A stretch of DNA of 63,432 nucleotides, the filler included, from Octopus bimaculoides (Eukaryota): assembly GCF_001194135.2 (NCBI RefSeq). It is 4 parts of 3 records of this genome, joined end to end, with 100 filler letters (N's around TTAATTAATTAA, not from the genome) between each part and the next. Parts side by side here need not be neighbours in the genome. Positions count along the whole stretch, not along the records: positions 1 to 22,366 come from NC_068983.1; 3 more parts are not named here. One strand, given 5' to 3'. The position numbers and the translations under genes were made by a program. Numbering within the stretch: the stretch's first letter is position 1; each line of letters begins with the position of its first letter. Of the stretch, positions 1 through 14,455 are shown in pieces. Under the pieces are notes generated by a model. That model ran no database searches. It was not told the DNA's origin and was given only the letters and a program-made list of their open reading frames with translations.

Positions 1-5
1 ATATA

Positions 6-38
<33 letters not shown>

Positions 39-2229
39 CTATGTATGTATATGCGTGTGCGTATATATATATATATATATATATATATTATGAATCTTCA
101 CTTCTTCCACTAACCAGAAAGTTTGATATTTTCAAGTCTAGAATCCCATATAGGTATTTATCGTATGATTAATAACTCTGTAATTATAAATTTTCAGATG
201 TTTGACTGTACAGAGATTTGAACACAGAACAGTGCTGCACGGAAATACGTGCACTAAATGTATTGCCCAATAATGATTCAATGACAGAATTTTCAGATAG
301 CTAAACTGATACCAATGGGACTTACATGTAAGCAATATCCTGATTATAGAACTCTCCCATAGGCGGAGAGATTTTAGTGTAACATGAGAAATGTCATGGC
401 CATTTAACCTGACCTAATAAGGTCAATAAAGTGAAACGAAAAAAAATTAAAGTATGTTAGATTGTCGAAGAGAGGAAATATCTAATGTTTCAAGTAGAGC
501 ACTTAATTTTCTAATGACCTCTGCCAGTGACACGATTTCTAGTTGTTATCTTCTAATATAGTTAGATTTATTGTGATACATGAAGTTAGTTTCCATATGT
601 TGATATTAATGTCGTAAAAACTTACTGTCATAAACATTTAATATTCAACAAAATCAACTACAGCTTAATAGTTGAATCTATGATTTAGTTGTTGTTTATG
701 TTCTTATCCTTGCTGTTGTTTATCCTCAAGTTAGTCCTGATTGAGCTGAGCTAAATTCAAAGTCTTTCTTATTTTTACCTTTAGACAACGCATCTAGATT
801 TACATACTTTATTACGACGGTTGGGTTCAATTTAAGAGACATTTTGCGGCTATGACTATCAGGTCGAACGACCACGTAGACGTTCTTCGTTAGTTCGAGT
901 TACGACACTCAGTGCCTAAACATGGTCAGATATGCAATTCCAGTCATACAAGAGGAACTGTATCAGGAATACTGGGCGTTCAACATTAAAGGCAGTGCAC
1001 CAGTATGGGCGTAACAAGATCTTAAATATTTTAAAACATTTAAAGAGTATTGCAATATTTTATTTCGACAGTAATGTAAAAATGAATAAAATTTCGATGT
1101 CATACTCGTCCTTATATGACATTATTCCTGTGACACGCATCTCTGATGTCACTAACAATCCGGCTACGAAGTTATTCAGTTTTCTCTTTTCTTTCGTCTG
1201 TACGACTGAGACGTCGGTCTCTAACTACAAAACAGATTTAGAAGCTATCTTTATCCCAGTGCTTGCATGCATCCTGACCACAACAATGATCAGAGAGCCG
1301 TGTAGGTCAATTGTGTGTAGCTAAACTTCTATATTATGTTATTTATTTTATCAATCTACGTTATATGTGTTCATCTTCTGCACTTCACTTTTAAGCTCTA
1401 TCCAAGCGAATTTGAATGTGTATACAACGTTAACGCAAATTATTTCTATTCTAGTTTCTATTCCATTCTAGTTTACTCTATTCCATTCCATTTCATTCAA
1501 TTCTTATATACATTACAATACATCACTTACTCTTTTCAGTGTCACAATACCCGAAGTTATATAATGTGAAGTAACGTCTCGGATTTTAAAGTTTTCTCAT
1601 GCAATAAATATTTAGCACGATTACATCGAAAATAAGATCGAATTTTCTTGAAAGTATAATCAAGTAATTCTTCAAACTCTCTCACAGGCAAACTTTCAGA
1701 CATCAATCGAATTGTCATCATTATTGTCCTGAAGAATGAAATTCCAATTAACCTTAAATGTAGGTGAAAACATTCCTATTAGATTTTAGGATTCGATAAC
1801 GAAATTAAAGCAACATTAAAAATTTCTCAAAACCTTCTAAAGATTGGAGAATTTCAGACTTATAAAACATCATAATCACTTTTGCAGGCTTCTTAATTTG
1901 TATTGCTATATTCACGAGCTGAGCGTCTCTCACTACTAAACAGTTTACATACGTCTAATTATTCCATATAATTTACCTTCAGGAGAAAATTCAATTTATT
2001 TGCGTTTACTTCTAAATTTCTAAATAGATTTACTCAGTGTTGTTACTTTGAGAATTTCTGCGATAAAAGAATTCTTGAAGCTAAAAGAAGCTGCTTCCAA
2101 AGTTATCAACTTAGTGACCAAATATTTAGAATATTTCAGAATAGCTCAGGGTAGATTCGGCTAGCAATGGCCTAACCATGTCTAATTTGGAAACACAACC
2201 CTGATTAGTTGATGTTATATGTAAATTGT

Positions 2230-2480
2230 TCATCCATGCACGTTGTTGTTGCTCATTGAAACATATTCTGGTATGGGTCGTTTGTCTAGGATTGTTTCGA
2301 GGAATTTGTAGAGATGCCATTTGAATGTTTTCTTTGATGCTTTGATAAGAATGTTGAACAAAGCTGAACTGATTGAGGTGAAGAAAGTGGAGCGTGGGGT
2401 TTTGCCAGGAGTCGGAATGAACTGAAGTACTTGAAATATATTATCACTTCATTGGGATAGCACTTTTGGAACATTTCTCA
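2230..2480 (-). mobile_element. Decayed 3' end of a CR1/L2-group LINE ORF2
   Basis: Minus-strand frames read QKCYPNEVIIYFK.. and STFFTSISSALFNILIKASKKTFKWHLYKFLETILDKRPIPEYVSMSNNN, resembling the C-terminal '..LFN.L....FK..LDKFL..IPD.P..P.Y' pattern of CR1/L2-group ORF2. Frameshifted. Family assignment from recall. Confidence 0.55.
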
Positions 2481-3559
2481 TAATAAAATTAAAATTATTA
2501 AAAATCATAATAAAATTAAAATTATTAATAATTTCATAAATAAGTATAATAATTTTTCAGTAATTAAATATAGATATTCCCAGTAAATGTGTCGCCGGAT
2601 ATAAAATTACATTACGTTCAGCTGTACTGTGATGCAAATTGCGGTAAAGAAATTGTACTAATTCCTTCAGAGAAAAAGAGTTCTAGCTTCAAACAAAACA
2701 AAATCGCGAGGTAGTTATATTTTACTAATTCAATACAATTGGTTTAACATTTACTTCAAATGTGGAAAACAAAAGCTCCAAATGTTAGGAGAATTAAGAA
2801 GTTACCAATTAGTAATCAATTCTTAGATTTAAAAAAATTGAACAGTGTTCTAGATTAAAATATTTACATTCTTTATAAAAAGTAAATCAGTTACAGCTCT
2901 TAACTCTGTAAATAGTTACTTCTTACGACTTTAGATATCGTTCATATGTCCGAAATTCTAAAACCACCGAATTTATTCTTTATCACATCAAATAAGCTAC
3001 AGAGATTTTTTTACTAACGTAGTCGACGTGTATACTATTCTGATGCTTCAAATTTACAAATGAATGAACAGAACAGTTACAGATTGAAATGGTAGCAATA
3101 TTTTAATCAATACATACAGACTATGTCGTTTCTTCTGATACTAACACAAGACAATGAATTAGACTAACTACTTTCAATACATATACGTATATATATATAT
3201 ATATATANNNNNNNNNNATATACGTATATATATATAATGGATGGAGATATAAATGTAGTGGATGGAGATTTAACACTGCTGTGGGATGCAATTAGGTGAA
3301 AAAGTAATCAATACTGATAGATATTGTGGAATAATATTATATATAGAGAGTTGAGTCGATACCCAGAATATCTTGTTCCTGATTTTCAGGCGACTATACG
3401 CGCATGTGTGCGCGTGTGTGCGTGTGGGGGTGGTTACATCATGTCTTGTGTATTAGGTATGACTATAATGGCAAGCATGCACAAGCGTTGGATTTAAGTG
3501 CCCATGAATTCACAAGTAGAAACAAATTCATCTCCGTTCACCAGTGGATCATCCAGGAT

Positions 3560-3665
3560 ATGACAATTGATGAGAACTCTTCCCCAGCACTCGACTGTGA
3601 GTTTCTTGTTGATTTATTGAACCAGAAAGGATGAAAATGAAGGTTACCCTCGGCCTGATCTCCAC
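3560..3665 (-). mobile_element. Degenerate SINE family B fragment
   Basis: '..gatttattgaaccagaaaggatgaaaatgaaggttaccctcggc' matches the central 'atcgaccccgaaaggatgaaagg..gacctcggc' block of the copies at 9016, 22105 and 61525. Confidence 0.55.
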
Positions 3666-3693
3666 AGAGTGTGAACAGAAGTAGATATCGCAA

Positions 3694-3796
<103 letters not shown>

Positions 3797-5368
3797 TGCA
3801 TATACATACTCATACATTTACACAAAACATTATATGTATCTGTGTATGCAAATGTGTGTGCCTGTATGTAAGTGTGTATGTATATATAATGGGAGTTTCT
3901 TGATGGCAGAATCAGTAGCGCGTAAAAGAAATTGCTCGTTGTATTTGGTAATGCCCCTTCGCGTTCCGAGATCAAATCTATTCAAATGATTCTAATTTTA
4001 TTGGTCTCTCCCGAAGTCAATAAAATTAATACCACTCAAGCACTTGAGTTGATGCAATCGAGAATACACTTGAGAAGCAGTTTCTAACCGTGATAATAAT
4101 CAATGATTGGAATAAAGATATTTATCAGCTGATACCCAATGTTATGATTACAGTCCAGCATGAATCTTGAATTATCAGAAAAGTAGACAACTTAATCATG
4201 AGATATATATATATATATATATATATATACGCACACACTTTGCAGAAAAAGTATTTTCGCAGACAAAGTATTTTTAGTCAACAGCAACAATGGTTTTCAC
4301 TTGGTGAAAAAACAGACAATTAGTTGAGACAATACTTTGAGACACGACAGAATGAAGACACGACAATTCTCAATTGTAATTTAGAAAATCGAAACCAATT
4401 AAGAAATATTTTGTTTTCCTTTTTTTACTGTTTTGTGGGGTTTTGTATTTCTTGTCCTTCTTCGGACAATCTTGAAATCTTTAATATTTTGGTTCATTTA
4501 TTCCAATTAACAAGTTAATAATCAAATACTAAGCAGAAGAAAACTTTACCCTATAATATTTTTACTGAAATCAAGACAAAATTAATTATCGCCAAAAATT
4601 AAATTAAATTAATGAAGCATTCAACAAATTTATTCCGTTTTGTGTGTATTGAATGATAAGGTTATGTCAAGAAATATGACACATTGAGTTATACTAGTTA
4701 GTGTTAAGACGAATATAGCAATATAACAGTGCAGATGTTTCAGTATATCTCATATCTGCTTCATTTTTCAATCTGATTCCCAATGACACAAACATGGCTT
4801 TGCGGTTAGAAAGTTCATTATGTAACCACGTAGTTCCGGATACTTGAGGTAAGTGTATTCTATGATAGTTTCAGATTGACCAAGACCAGGTGAGTGATAT
4901 TTAGAAAACAAAAATTGTGCAGAAGCCCTTCGTACATCTTACATGTGCGTGTGTGTATGTGTGTATACATATGTATGAATTTATATATATATATATATGT
5001 GTGTGTATATATAAATGCGTGTATATGCGCATACATAAATACACACACATATATCACCATGTGTTGCAACCTGCAACATTTGAACTGAAACACTCTACGT
5101 TAGGTGTGTCTGCTTGTATTACCTGCCATATGCAGGTAAATCAACGATGAACTAAGTACCACATAAAGTACTAAGAGAGATTATATCGACTGAAAACATT
5201 GAAGTCAGTACTTCCATTATGATCGCAGTTTAATGACAGTAAAAGAAAAAAAAACAGAAAGAATCAAAGAATGAATGACTCATTCGACCCATGCTCATCT
5301 CTGACTGCCATAGCGCTGAGAGGATTCCTTATGGACAGGACTCTGTTCTCTTGCTGGTAAAGTTTCTC

Positions 5369-6240
5369 GTGTCCGTCTGGTAAGCAGCTTGCTTCCGATC
5401 CACATGGTTCCGGGTTCAGACCCACTACGTAGCACCTTCAGCAAGTGTTTTCTACTATAGCCTCGGACTGACCAAAGCCTTAGAAGCCCGTCGTGTATAT
5501 ATATATATATATATATATNNNNNNNNNNNNNNNNNNNNNNNNNNNNNNNNNNNNNNNNNNNNNNNNNNNNNNNNNNNNNNNNNNNNNNNNNNNNNNNNNN
5601 NNNNNNNNNNNNNNNNNNNNNNNNNNNNNNNNNNNNNNNNNNNNNNNNNNNNNNNNNNNNNNNNNNNNNNNNNNNNNNNNNNNNNNNNNNNNNNNNNNNN
5701 NNNNNNNNNNNNNNNNNNNNNNNNNNNNNNNNNNNNNNNNNNNNNNNNNNNNNNNNNNNNNNNNNNNNNNNNNNNNNNNNNNNNNNNNNNNNNNNNNNNN
5801 NNNNNNNNNNNNNNNNNNNNNNNNNNNNNNNNNNNNNNNNNNNNNNNNNNNNNNNNNNNNNNNNNNNNNNNNNNNNNNNNNNNNNNNNNNNNNNNNNNNN
5901 NNNNNNNNNNNNNNNNNNNNNNNNNNNNNNNNNNNNNNNNNNNNNNNNNNNNNNNNNNNNNNNNNNNNNNNNNNNNNNNNNTATATATGTATATATATAC
6001 GTGTGTGTGTGGGTGTGTGTATCTTTCTATGTTTCTCTCCACCACCACTTGACAACCGCTGTTGGTGTGTTTGCATGTTTGCTTCCCCGTAATTTAGTGC
6101 TGTGGGGAAAAGAGCCCGATAGAATAAGTACAAGGCTTAAAAAAATAAGTAGTTGGGTCGACTCATTCGACTAAAAATTCTTCAAGGTGGTGCCCAGCAT
6201 GGCCGCAATCTAATAACTGAAACAAGTAAAAGATAAAAAA
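5369..6240 (+). mobile_element. tRNA-headed SINE family A with internal microsatellite (gap-spanning)
   Basis: Head 'ggtaagcagcttgcttcc..acatggttccgggttcag', then (TA)n/N-gap/(TG)n, body 'ttgacaaccg.tgttggtgtgttt' and tail 'gcatggccgca..actgaaacaagtaaaaga'; same blocks as the intact copy at 45303-45760. Confidence 0.85.
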
Positions 6241-6711
6241 TAATACTGCAATTTCTATGAGTGAATTTCCATCGTGATTAGACTAAAACTCCGTCAGTGT
6301 TAAGCTTGACTATGAGATAAATTACATCAAAACAGCAAGAGGCGAATTGGCAGAGCTGTTAGAGCGTCACGCGGGATGACTTGTGTTATTTGTTCTGGTT
6401 CATTGGCTTCTTCGACCAAATCCCTAAATGACAGGCATGGGTTTAATACAACTTTGTTGCAAGCATTCGAGCTACAGCCACGATATGAATATACCTTCCT
6501 CCTTTTCTTCGCCAACGTCAGAGACTCAGTAAAATGTCGTGGGCATTATAGCTTCAGTTTTAAATATGCATTATTGAAAACAACAAATAATCACCAGTTT
6601 TAATGTTGATTCGGATTGACTTTTCACATTTACTATATTAGAAATTTTATTCGAACCGAAACATGAGGGATTAATTTTAATTATAAAAATTTTCAAAGAC
6701 TAAAACATAAC

Positions 6712-6751
6712 AATTTTCAATAATACTTACAGACACACAAACACACACACA

Positions 6752-6796
<45 letters not shown>

Positions 6797-6880
6797 TATT
6801 TACTGAAAAGTACAATAATATTCTCTAAGTATCCATATAACAGTTTGGTTATATATAAACACCAACGTGTGTTGTGGATA
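6712..6880 (+). repeat. Left arm of long inverted repeat (pairs with 8808-9014); includes (CA)n
   Basis: 'ttttcaataatacttacagacac..(CA)n..tatttactgaaaagtacaataatattctctaagtatccatataacagtttggttatatataaac..gtgtgttgtggata' is the reverse complement of 8808-9014 with only a few mismatches. Confidence 0.9.
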
Positions 6881-8364
6881 CGCGTTTTTGTGCTTATATG
6901 TGTATGTGTACAAATATAAAAATGTGTGTGTGTGTTTGTGAATCAATGTAGGTGTGTGTGTATGTGTGTGAGTGTTGTGTTGTGTATGTGTATATCATAC
7001 AGAGCTATGCATGTTAATGTGTATGAGTGTGAGGTCTTAAATACCATTCTTTATTGCATTTCTATAGAATCTTATATAATAAAATACAATGGGGTTCTCT
7101 ATCGAAGACAAAAATCTCTAGTATCCATTGGCAAATTGCTGACTGCAGTACATTATACAATAGCATTGATCAGAGAATGAGTATGGTGACGTTGTGATAA
7201 TAGTATAGATGCTGATGTTGATGATGATGGTGATGATGAAGTGATGCTGTATTGATGTGACCAGTAGTGATTGTGATGATTGTTGGTATCGGTGTTGGTG
7301 TTGAGAAGCAGGGCGGGAGGAAACGGTCATCTTGCAAAAGCTGATTTATAATATAAGAAACACAACTCGAAACATCAATACTCAATCATTGTATTTATTG
7401 TTGGAGCATAGCCAGAAATATCAAAACTAATCAATACAATAGACATCTATAAACTGTGATTATCTCTATGTGATTATCTAACTTCTCTCAGTAAGCAAAC
7501 TATTCTCGTAAAACAGATGCCAGCAGAGCTATAAAAAGAAACAAAAAGAAATATTCTGAGGAAGGGCAAGGTGGATGTGATGTGTGTTTGTGAGTGAGAG
7601 GGGTTCGGAATATATATTTTCTTGGTTTTAAGTTTATAGGACTGTATGTTTATATATAAGAATATTCTGCATACGAAAGCAATGGAATTTCCGGGTGAAA
7701 TCTCAATTTTTATGGTTAACTTTTGTTATTGTCAATACTCCGTCTGTCACTCTCTCTCTCTCTCTCTCTCTCNNNNNNNNNNNNNNNNNNNNNNNNNNNN
7801 NNNNNNNNNNNNNNNNNNNNNNNNNNNNNNNNNNNNNNNNNNNNNNNNNNNNNNNNNNNNNNNNNNNNNNNNNNNNNNNNNNNNNNNNNNNNNNNNNNNN
7901 NNNNNNNNNNNNNNNNNNNNNNNNNNNNNNNNNNNNNNNNNNNNNNNNNNNNNNNNNNNNNNNNNNNNNNNNNNNNNNNNNNNNNNNNNNNNNNNNNNNN
8001 NNNNNNNNNNNNNNNNNNNNNNNNNNNNNNNNNNNNNNNNNNNNNNNNNNNNNNNNNNNNNNNNNNNNNNNNNNNNNNNNNNNNNNNNNNNNNNNNNNNN
8101 NNNNNNNNNNNNNNNNNNNNNNNNNNNNNNNNNNNNNNNNNNNNNNNNNNNNNNNNNNNNNNNNNNNNNNNNNNNNNNNNNNNNNNNNNNNNNNNNNNNN
8201 NNNNNNNNNNNNNNNNNNNNNNNNNNNNNNNNNNNNNNNNNNNNNNNNNNNNNNNNNNNNNNNNNNNNNNNNNNNNNNNNNNNNNNNNNNNNNNNNNNNN
8301 NNNNNNNNNNNNNNNNNNNNNNNNNNNNNNNNNNNNNNNNNNNNNNNNNNNNNNNNNNNNNNNN

Positions 8365-8413
<49 letters not shown>

Positions 8414-8807
8414 GCTATTATGCAGAGTTTGAACATTCACGAATGTAAGTATCAATATGAATAAGGCTTTCACTGTATTCAAAGTTAGTCCTTATTTGGT
8501 ATTTGTAAGTTTGATTCTCATTGCACTACAAAGATCACGTGATGAAATGAAACTTATTGCAGACTAATACAATAAGCATGTATGTGAATGTGTGGGCGTG
8601 TGGTGTGTGTGCACGCGCACACGCACACACACATTAACAGAATTGGGATTTTTATGTTGTCGCTTATTCAAAAGAACATTACGTCTCTATATTCAATGTA
8701 GATGATGTTACGAACGTTTGTCTTCAAGAAATTGAACCTTCGAATATTCATATATACAAATATATAAAGGACTGCTGAATAATATGATGGCTTCAAATTA
8801 TGGTGCA

Positions 8808-8919
8808 TATCCACAACACACGTTTATGTTTATATATAACCAAACTGTTATATGGATACTTAGAGAATGTTATTGTACTTTTCTGTAAATAATGTGTGTG
8901 TGTGGTGTGTGTGTGTGTA

Positions 8920-8977
<58 letters not shown>

Positions 8978-9014
8978 TGTGTGTCTGTGTGTCTGTAAGT
9001 ATTATTGAAAAATT
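8808..9014 (-). repeat. Right arm of long inverted repeat (pairs with 6712-6880); includes (TG)n
   Basis: Reverse complement of 6712-6880, matching unique sequence on both sides of the microsatellite. Confidence 0.9.
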
Positions 9015-9015
9015 T

Positions 9016-9196
9016 AAAGGGATGGTTAAGTCGAATATATCGACCCCAGCGTTAAGCTGGTCCTTAATTTATCGACCCCGAAAGGATGAAAGGTAAAGTC
9101 AACTTTGGCAGAATTTAAACTCAGAACGTAAAGACGGACGAAATGTCACCAAGCATTTTGACCGGTATGCTAACGATTCTGCCAGCTCGCCGTCTC
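9016..9196 (-). mobile_element. tRNA-headed SINE family B
   Basis: Minus strand reads 'gacggcgagctggcagaatcgttagc..gagtttaaattctgcc..ctttcatcctttcggggtcgataaattaag'; A/B-box-like head; shared with 22105 and 61525. Confidence 0.85.
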
Positions 9197-11602
9197 AATG
9201 TTGAATAACATATCAAACATAAGCAATAGACAGAATGAAAGTCCATGATAGGGAGGGAGAGTTTGAAGATAAAAGTGGCAGATGTTTTACAAACAGAAAT
9301 GTATTACTGAAAGTGGGAATATGAGATAGAAAGAAAGTTATTTATACATATATAGTAAAGAATTTCGGTGGAGAGATTTTCCGCACGTGGTGAGTTGTAA
9401 TGAAACAATATATAACAAAAGAAGGAAAATGCACATAGTTTTTAATATATTTTATAAGATAGAATATTATGATAATCTACCGGTTTCGCGTTTTGCTAAT
9501 CATGACTGGGGAATTGGTGAAAATATTGTAATTTCGTAGTATCTTGAGTTTTTAGTCTATGTTATTTATATGAGTATTTATAAATGAACTAGCATGTAGA
9601 AAAATCTAAGGAGAAGTAATCGGCGATTGTTATTATTCGAGACAGGGGAGGTAATTGCACTATTTTGGGAGGTACCCTTTTGGGGGAGGGTAAATTTATG
9701 GTATTTATATTGCGAAGTTATAAATTCATGAATCACAATAGTGAAATAAAATATGTACAAAGTTGCTTATGCGTTCATTAATTAAGATACTTACAAAATC
9801 CAAAATTGGTTATGAATTCATATTCAGGCGCGGTTCGTATTTTTCAATAAATATATTCTCTTTATTTAATTGTTGGTGTATAGAGATTGTGTCCTGACAT
9901 TGCTAGATGGGGAAAATCGTGAATATTGATTGGAGATTCCTCACTCATATCTCTGTGTTCACTCAAAAGTATCTACCTATACCTTGGGAAACGAATCTGT
10001 TCCTTATGCAGTGTAGTTCTCCGTCTAAGTGACATACTTGTTTGTCTTATACACTTGTGTCCATATCCTGAGCAACTTATCGCATAAACTTTTCGATGCA
10101 CAAGTGAAATTGGTCAAGCTTAGATATATGTATGTGTATGTATACATATGTATGTATGAGTGCATATATATATACATATATGTGTGTGTATGTATGTATT
10201 TATGCACTTACGTATGTATTTATGCATTTGTGTATGTATTTATGCATTTACGTTTGTATGTATGTATGTATGTATGCATGCATGCATATGTGTATTCATG
10301 CATGTATGTATCATGTTTTAACCCAATACTAATTGCGATGAATTATATGTTAACACTTTAACACTTTTCATGATCAGAGTAATCGATGAAAAGGGAATCA
10401 CCTTTATTCACTTGGATATAGAAAAAATTGCATGATGTTATACACAAACATTCAGAACTGGATATAATTTCTTACTACACACTGCTCCACAAACATACGC
10501 GTACACTCTAACACTTACAAGTATGTATGAAAGCATATACGTATCAATATATATGAAATTAGCAGTGATCATCATTTTAGCATCCAAGAGTAGTAATAGG
10601 CGCTCTAGTCATGAAAGTGTGTCACAATAATTACTGTTGTATACCCTCCGCCCCTAATGCGTGCAATGTGACTTGAAACCTTTATTATAGGAAGATAGTA
10701 AACCGTACAAAAAACAACTGATAAGAAGACAATCTAGCTCTCTCAACTATTTTAGCAAGAAAATATCTTCAGTTCTTAGCCTATCTACATCGATGAGTAA
10801 GACGATACCATGTAGGATTCTAAAAAAAGAACAGTATTTGAGTTCCTTCTCTCCTTCTTGCCAGAATTGTACCTATACTATTTAAACATCAATCTAGCGT
10901 TGACACATCCTGTCGCGTTCACTCGGTCTACGAGCTGCGTTAAGGATACAGGTATCTATGAAATATTCAACTGCTTACATACCATTCATTTGTCTAGATA
11001 AGATCAGAATCAATATTTCTATATTTCTACAACGAAGATTTTACCTCTTTTGCCACCACACAGAATGTTATTGTTTTTCACTAGCTGAAGCGAGGACCTG
11101 ATCCAGCAGAATTATAGTCAAGTCATTTATTCTGTTCTGAAATCATCTTCTTTTAAGCTGTACAGAATCACATTACTTTATTATACATGTCTGCTTCCAT
11201 TTTTAAATGATAGAGAGTGATTTTATACAAATTTTCTACAAATTAACTGGGAAATGACCTTGGTAAAAACAAACATCTCCTCTAACTCTCTGCCGTTTCA
11301 TATGAATGAAGCATTCTCCATATGAGCTTTGTCTCATATATGGTTTTTATAATGCCTTTATATATTAAACTTGATATAACTGAACTGATCCTGACAATAC
11401 TCTTTGATTTTCAAAGATGAAGCAAGAAGAAGGCAAGAAGTGGGCAATCGTCTCCGGACGTAAGTGTGAAGGCGTGCAAAATTTTGTCTGTTCTATGATG
11501 AAGTAAGATGTAGGGAAAGAGCAAATGAGTCTCTGATCCCGAATGGTTAGAATCGTTGCTATGCCACTATGTGCTCAATCGACAAAGCGATGATTCCAAC
11601 TT

Positions 11603-11604
<2 letters not shown>

Positions 11605-11658
<54 letters not shown>
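11605..11658. repeat. (CT)n microsatellite
   Basis: Visible dinucleotide run. Confidence 0.97.
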
Positions 11659-12102
11659 AATTCACACAAACATACGCACACTCTCACTCCTTCTCTCATT
11701 TTCACTCTCTCTACTACTTCTAGTAGCTCGGTCAACTCTCCCTTTTCCTTTCACATGTTGATTTCTCCAAGGGATTATATTTTATTTTCCTTTTCTCTTG
11801 ACACCAACCTAATGTTGATTTTATCCTTTATCATCTAGTTTTTTATTCTTTATCATCTCGGTGATTTTGTTCTTTAACACCTAGTCCTTCCTGCAATAAC
11901 ACACACTTAGAAACTCTCAAGCACACTTCTCTTTCCCTTTCTCTTCCTCTTTTCCCCTTCTTTCTCCCCCACTTCTTCCCCCATCCTCCTCCTTCTCATA
12001 CTGCTGCTCCTTATACGTAAAGTCTCATATCAATCTGTATAGAAGGGATTTTTCTTGAATGAAGATATTTTTCTATAAAGAGCAGACATATTTGTAATAA
12101 GG

Positions 12103-12144
<42 letters not shown>

Positions 12145-13404
12145 TTTAAACCAGAATAGTAATAGTATTACAACAGTATTAACTAAAGGAGTTATTGGAA
12201 ATGAGACTCCATTTCTCACAGGGAAGAATAATTTCTAATTCATATATTGAGTTTTCTCTTTTCTCATTTTTCCGCTTCCTTTTTATTTTTCTCTTATTTT
12301 GTGATTTACTTCATTTATATGTTCACATTATCCTATATTATCCTATAAAGCTACGGTGTAAACATTACTTGATAAAGTGCCGTAAATGAATGCTATAAAG
12401 TGTCGTGAATGAACGCCATAAAACGGCGTAAAGTGCCATAAAATATAGTGGTAATCAATAATTCATGACAACAGTTCGTAAATTAAGTCAACCATTGCTT
12501 ATTTAAAGCTGAAATCCCCACTCAACTCTATTTCATTACGGTAAGATTATATTTCAATTCTGTTTCTCGTTTATTTATCATTTGTTTGGATCGTATATGC
12601 GTGTTTACTTGTTTCTATAGTTTCCCGATATCCTTTAGTGGCGACTGCCGGAGTATACGTAACAAGCTCCTGATAAACCTAGACTTAGATTCGGGTTCAA
12701 TTTCCGGTTGTAGTGATTTCGCTTACTTTATCCGGTGTCCTAATTGCATGAGAAAAGACATAAACATGTCATAACCTCCATACTCTGGATGCTTCCATAT
12801 GTTTTCTCTACTGGTTACTAATCTATATTATTTCTCTTTAGTGACCATATGTAAATGGAGTATCGTGTAGCAAAAACAGCATAACAAAAAGTAAACCCTC
12901 GACTAAGCTGAGACCATGATTCGGTTTCAATATTGGCCTAAAGTTATTTCAATAATTTTCACAGTAATAATGTCTCTTGAAATAAACATGAATGTCAAAA
13001 CCTTCCCTTTTTTCTTCAATTTAAACGCAGAATATTTGAGATAGTCAAAAAGGAAAATAACAGGTGTTGAGGTAAAGGACTAAAGCTGTAGGCGATGTGG
13101 TTTCAACCCTTAGCCCTAGCGGCTGAAACATTTCCTTTTACATACGCTAGAAAGGGTATTCACGCGACAACATCTCATTTAATTACCTTATCTATTTAAG
13201 GTACTTTTATATCTTGACTTTTTAGTGTAATTCATAGAAATGAAATGTTCAACAAGCTTAGGTGTTAGGTACCAGAATGTCTTTGTGCTATGATACTAAA
13301 CTATGCAATTAACATATTCCATCGTCAGATTCTAATGATTGTATGTGTGTGTGCACGCGCCTGTATGCGTGTGCATGCGTGCCTGTATGTGTGTGCGAGT
13401 GTGC

Positions 13405-13442
<38 letters not shown>

Positions 13443-13521
13443 AAGAGAGAGAAAGAAAGAGAGAGAAAGAAAGAGAGAGAAAGAAAGAGAGAGAAAGAAA
13501 GAGAGAGAAAGAAAGAGAGAG

Positions 13522-13556
<35 letters not shown>
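13405..13556. repeat. Compound (GA)n/(GAGAGAAAGAAA)n purine repeat
   Basis: Visible; source of the spurious RE/RK-rich ORFs. Confidence 0.97.
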
Positions 13557-13558
<2 letters not shown>

Positions 13559-14094
13559 AATGTATCTGTTTTATAGATTCCTGAAAAATGAGATGATATG
13601 AGATGATAAATTAACCAATACGGAATTTGAACATGAAATTTGGAAATTTAAACTAAATAACTATGTGTTACTTTGATACGAAACTTCTTTTCTCGCCATG
13701 CTTTGTCTGCTCAGTCATTTCGCTAATATCAACTTCACACCAGTATTGATGTAGATTGAAACTTATCAGAGATGCAACTACTGTATAGTAGTTTTCTATT
13801 CCATCTGACATTGTCTGGTTTACTGAAAAATATGTTTTTATAAACTGAAATTTGAACAAAAGAAAAAATTAAAAGCATCATACAGAGTTGTATGATTCTA
13901 AAAAATAGTGCCTGAAAGGTAATTTATCACTGCCATGTTGCAGATAATTAACAGAAGAAATGAACAGAGAAATAAGATGAAGACAACAGTTCAAAAGAAG
14001 AAGCGATGAACTACGTAAAGTCTAAGTGGTTAGATGTAAAGCTTGTTTACTTCTACCATTTAACCAAAATGTACTTATGCAAACGCAACTATAT

Positions 14095-14455
<361 letters not shown>

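Noticed and set aside
2126-2440. About 105-codon open frame as a possible host terminal exon
   Set aside because: An overlapping frame on the same strand matches a CR1/L2-group LINE C-terminus, which explains the composition better.
4795-4860. GAG|GTAAGT donor as a possible exon end
   Set aside because: The segment is a degenerate SINE A head; the donor derives from its 'ggcaagtg' motif.
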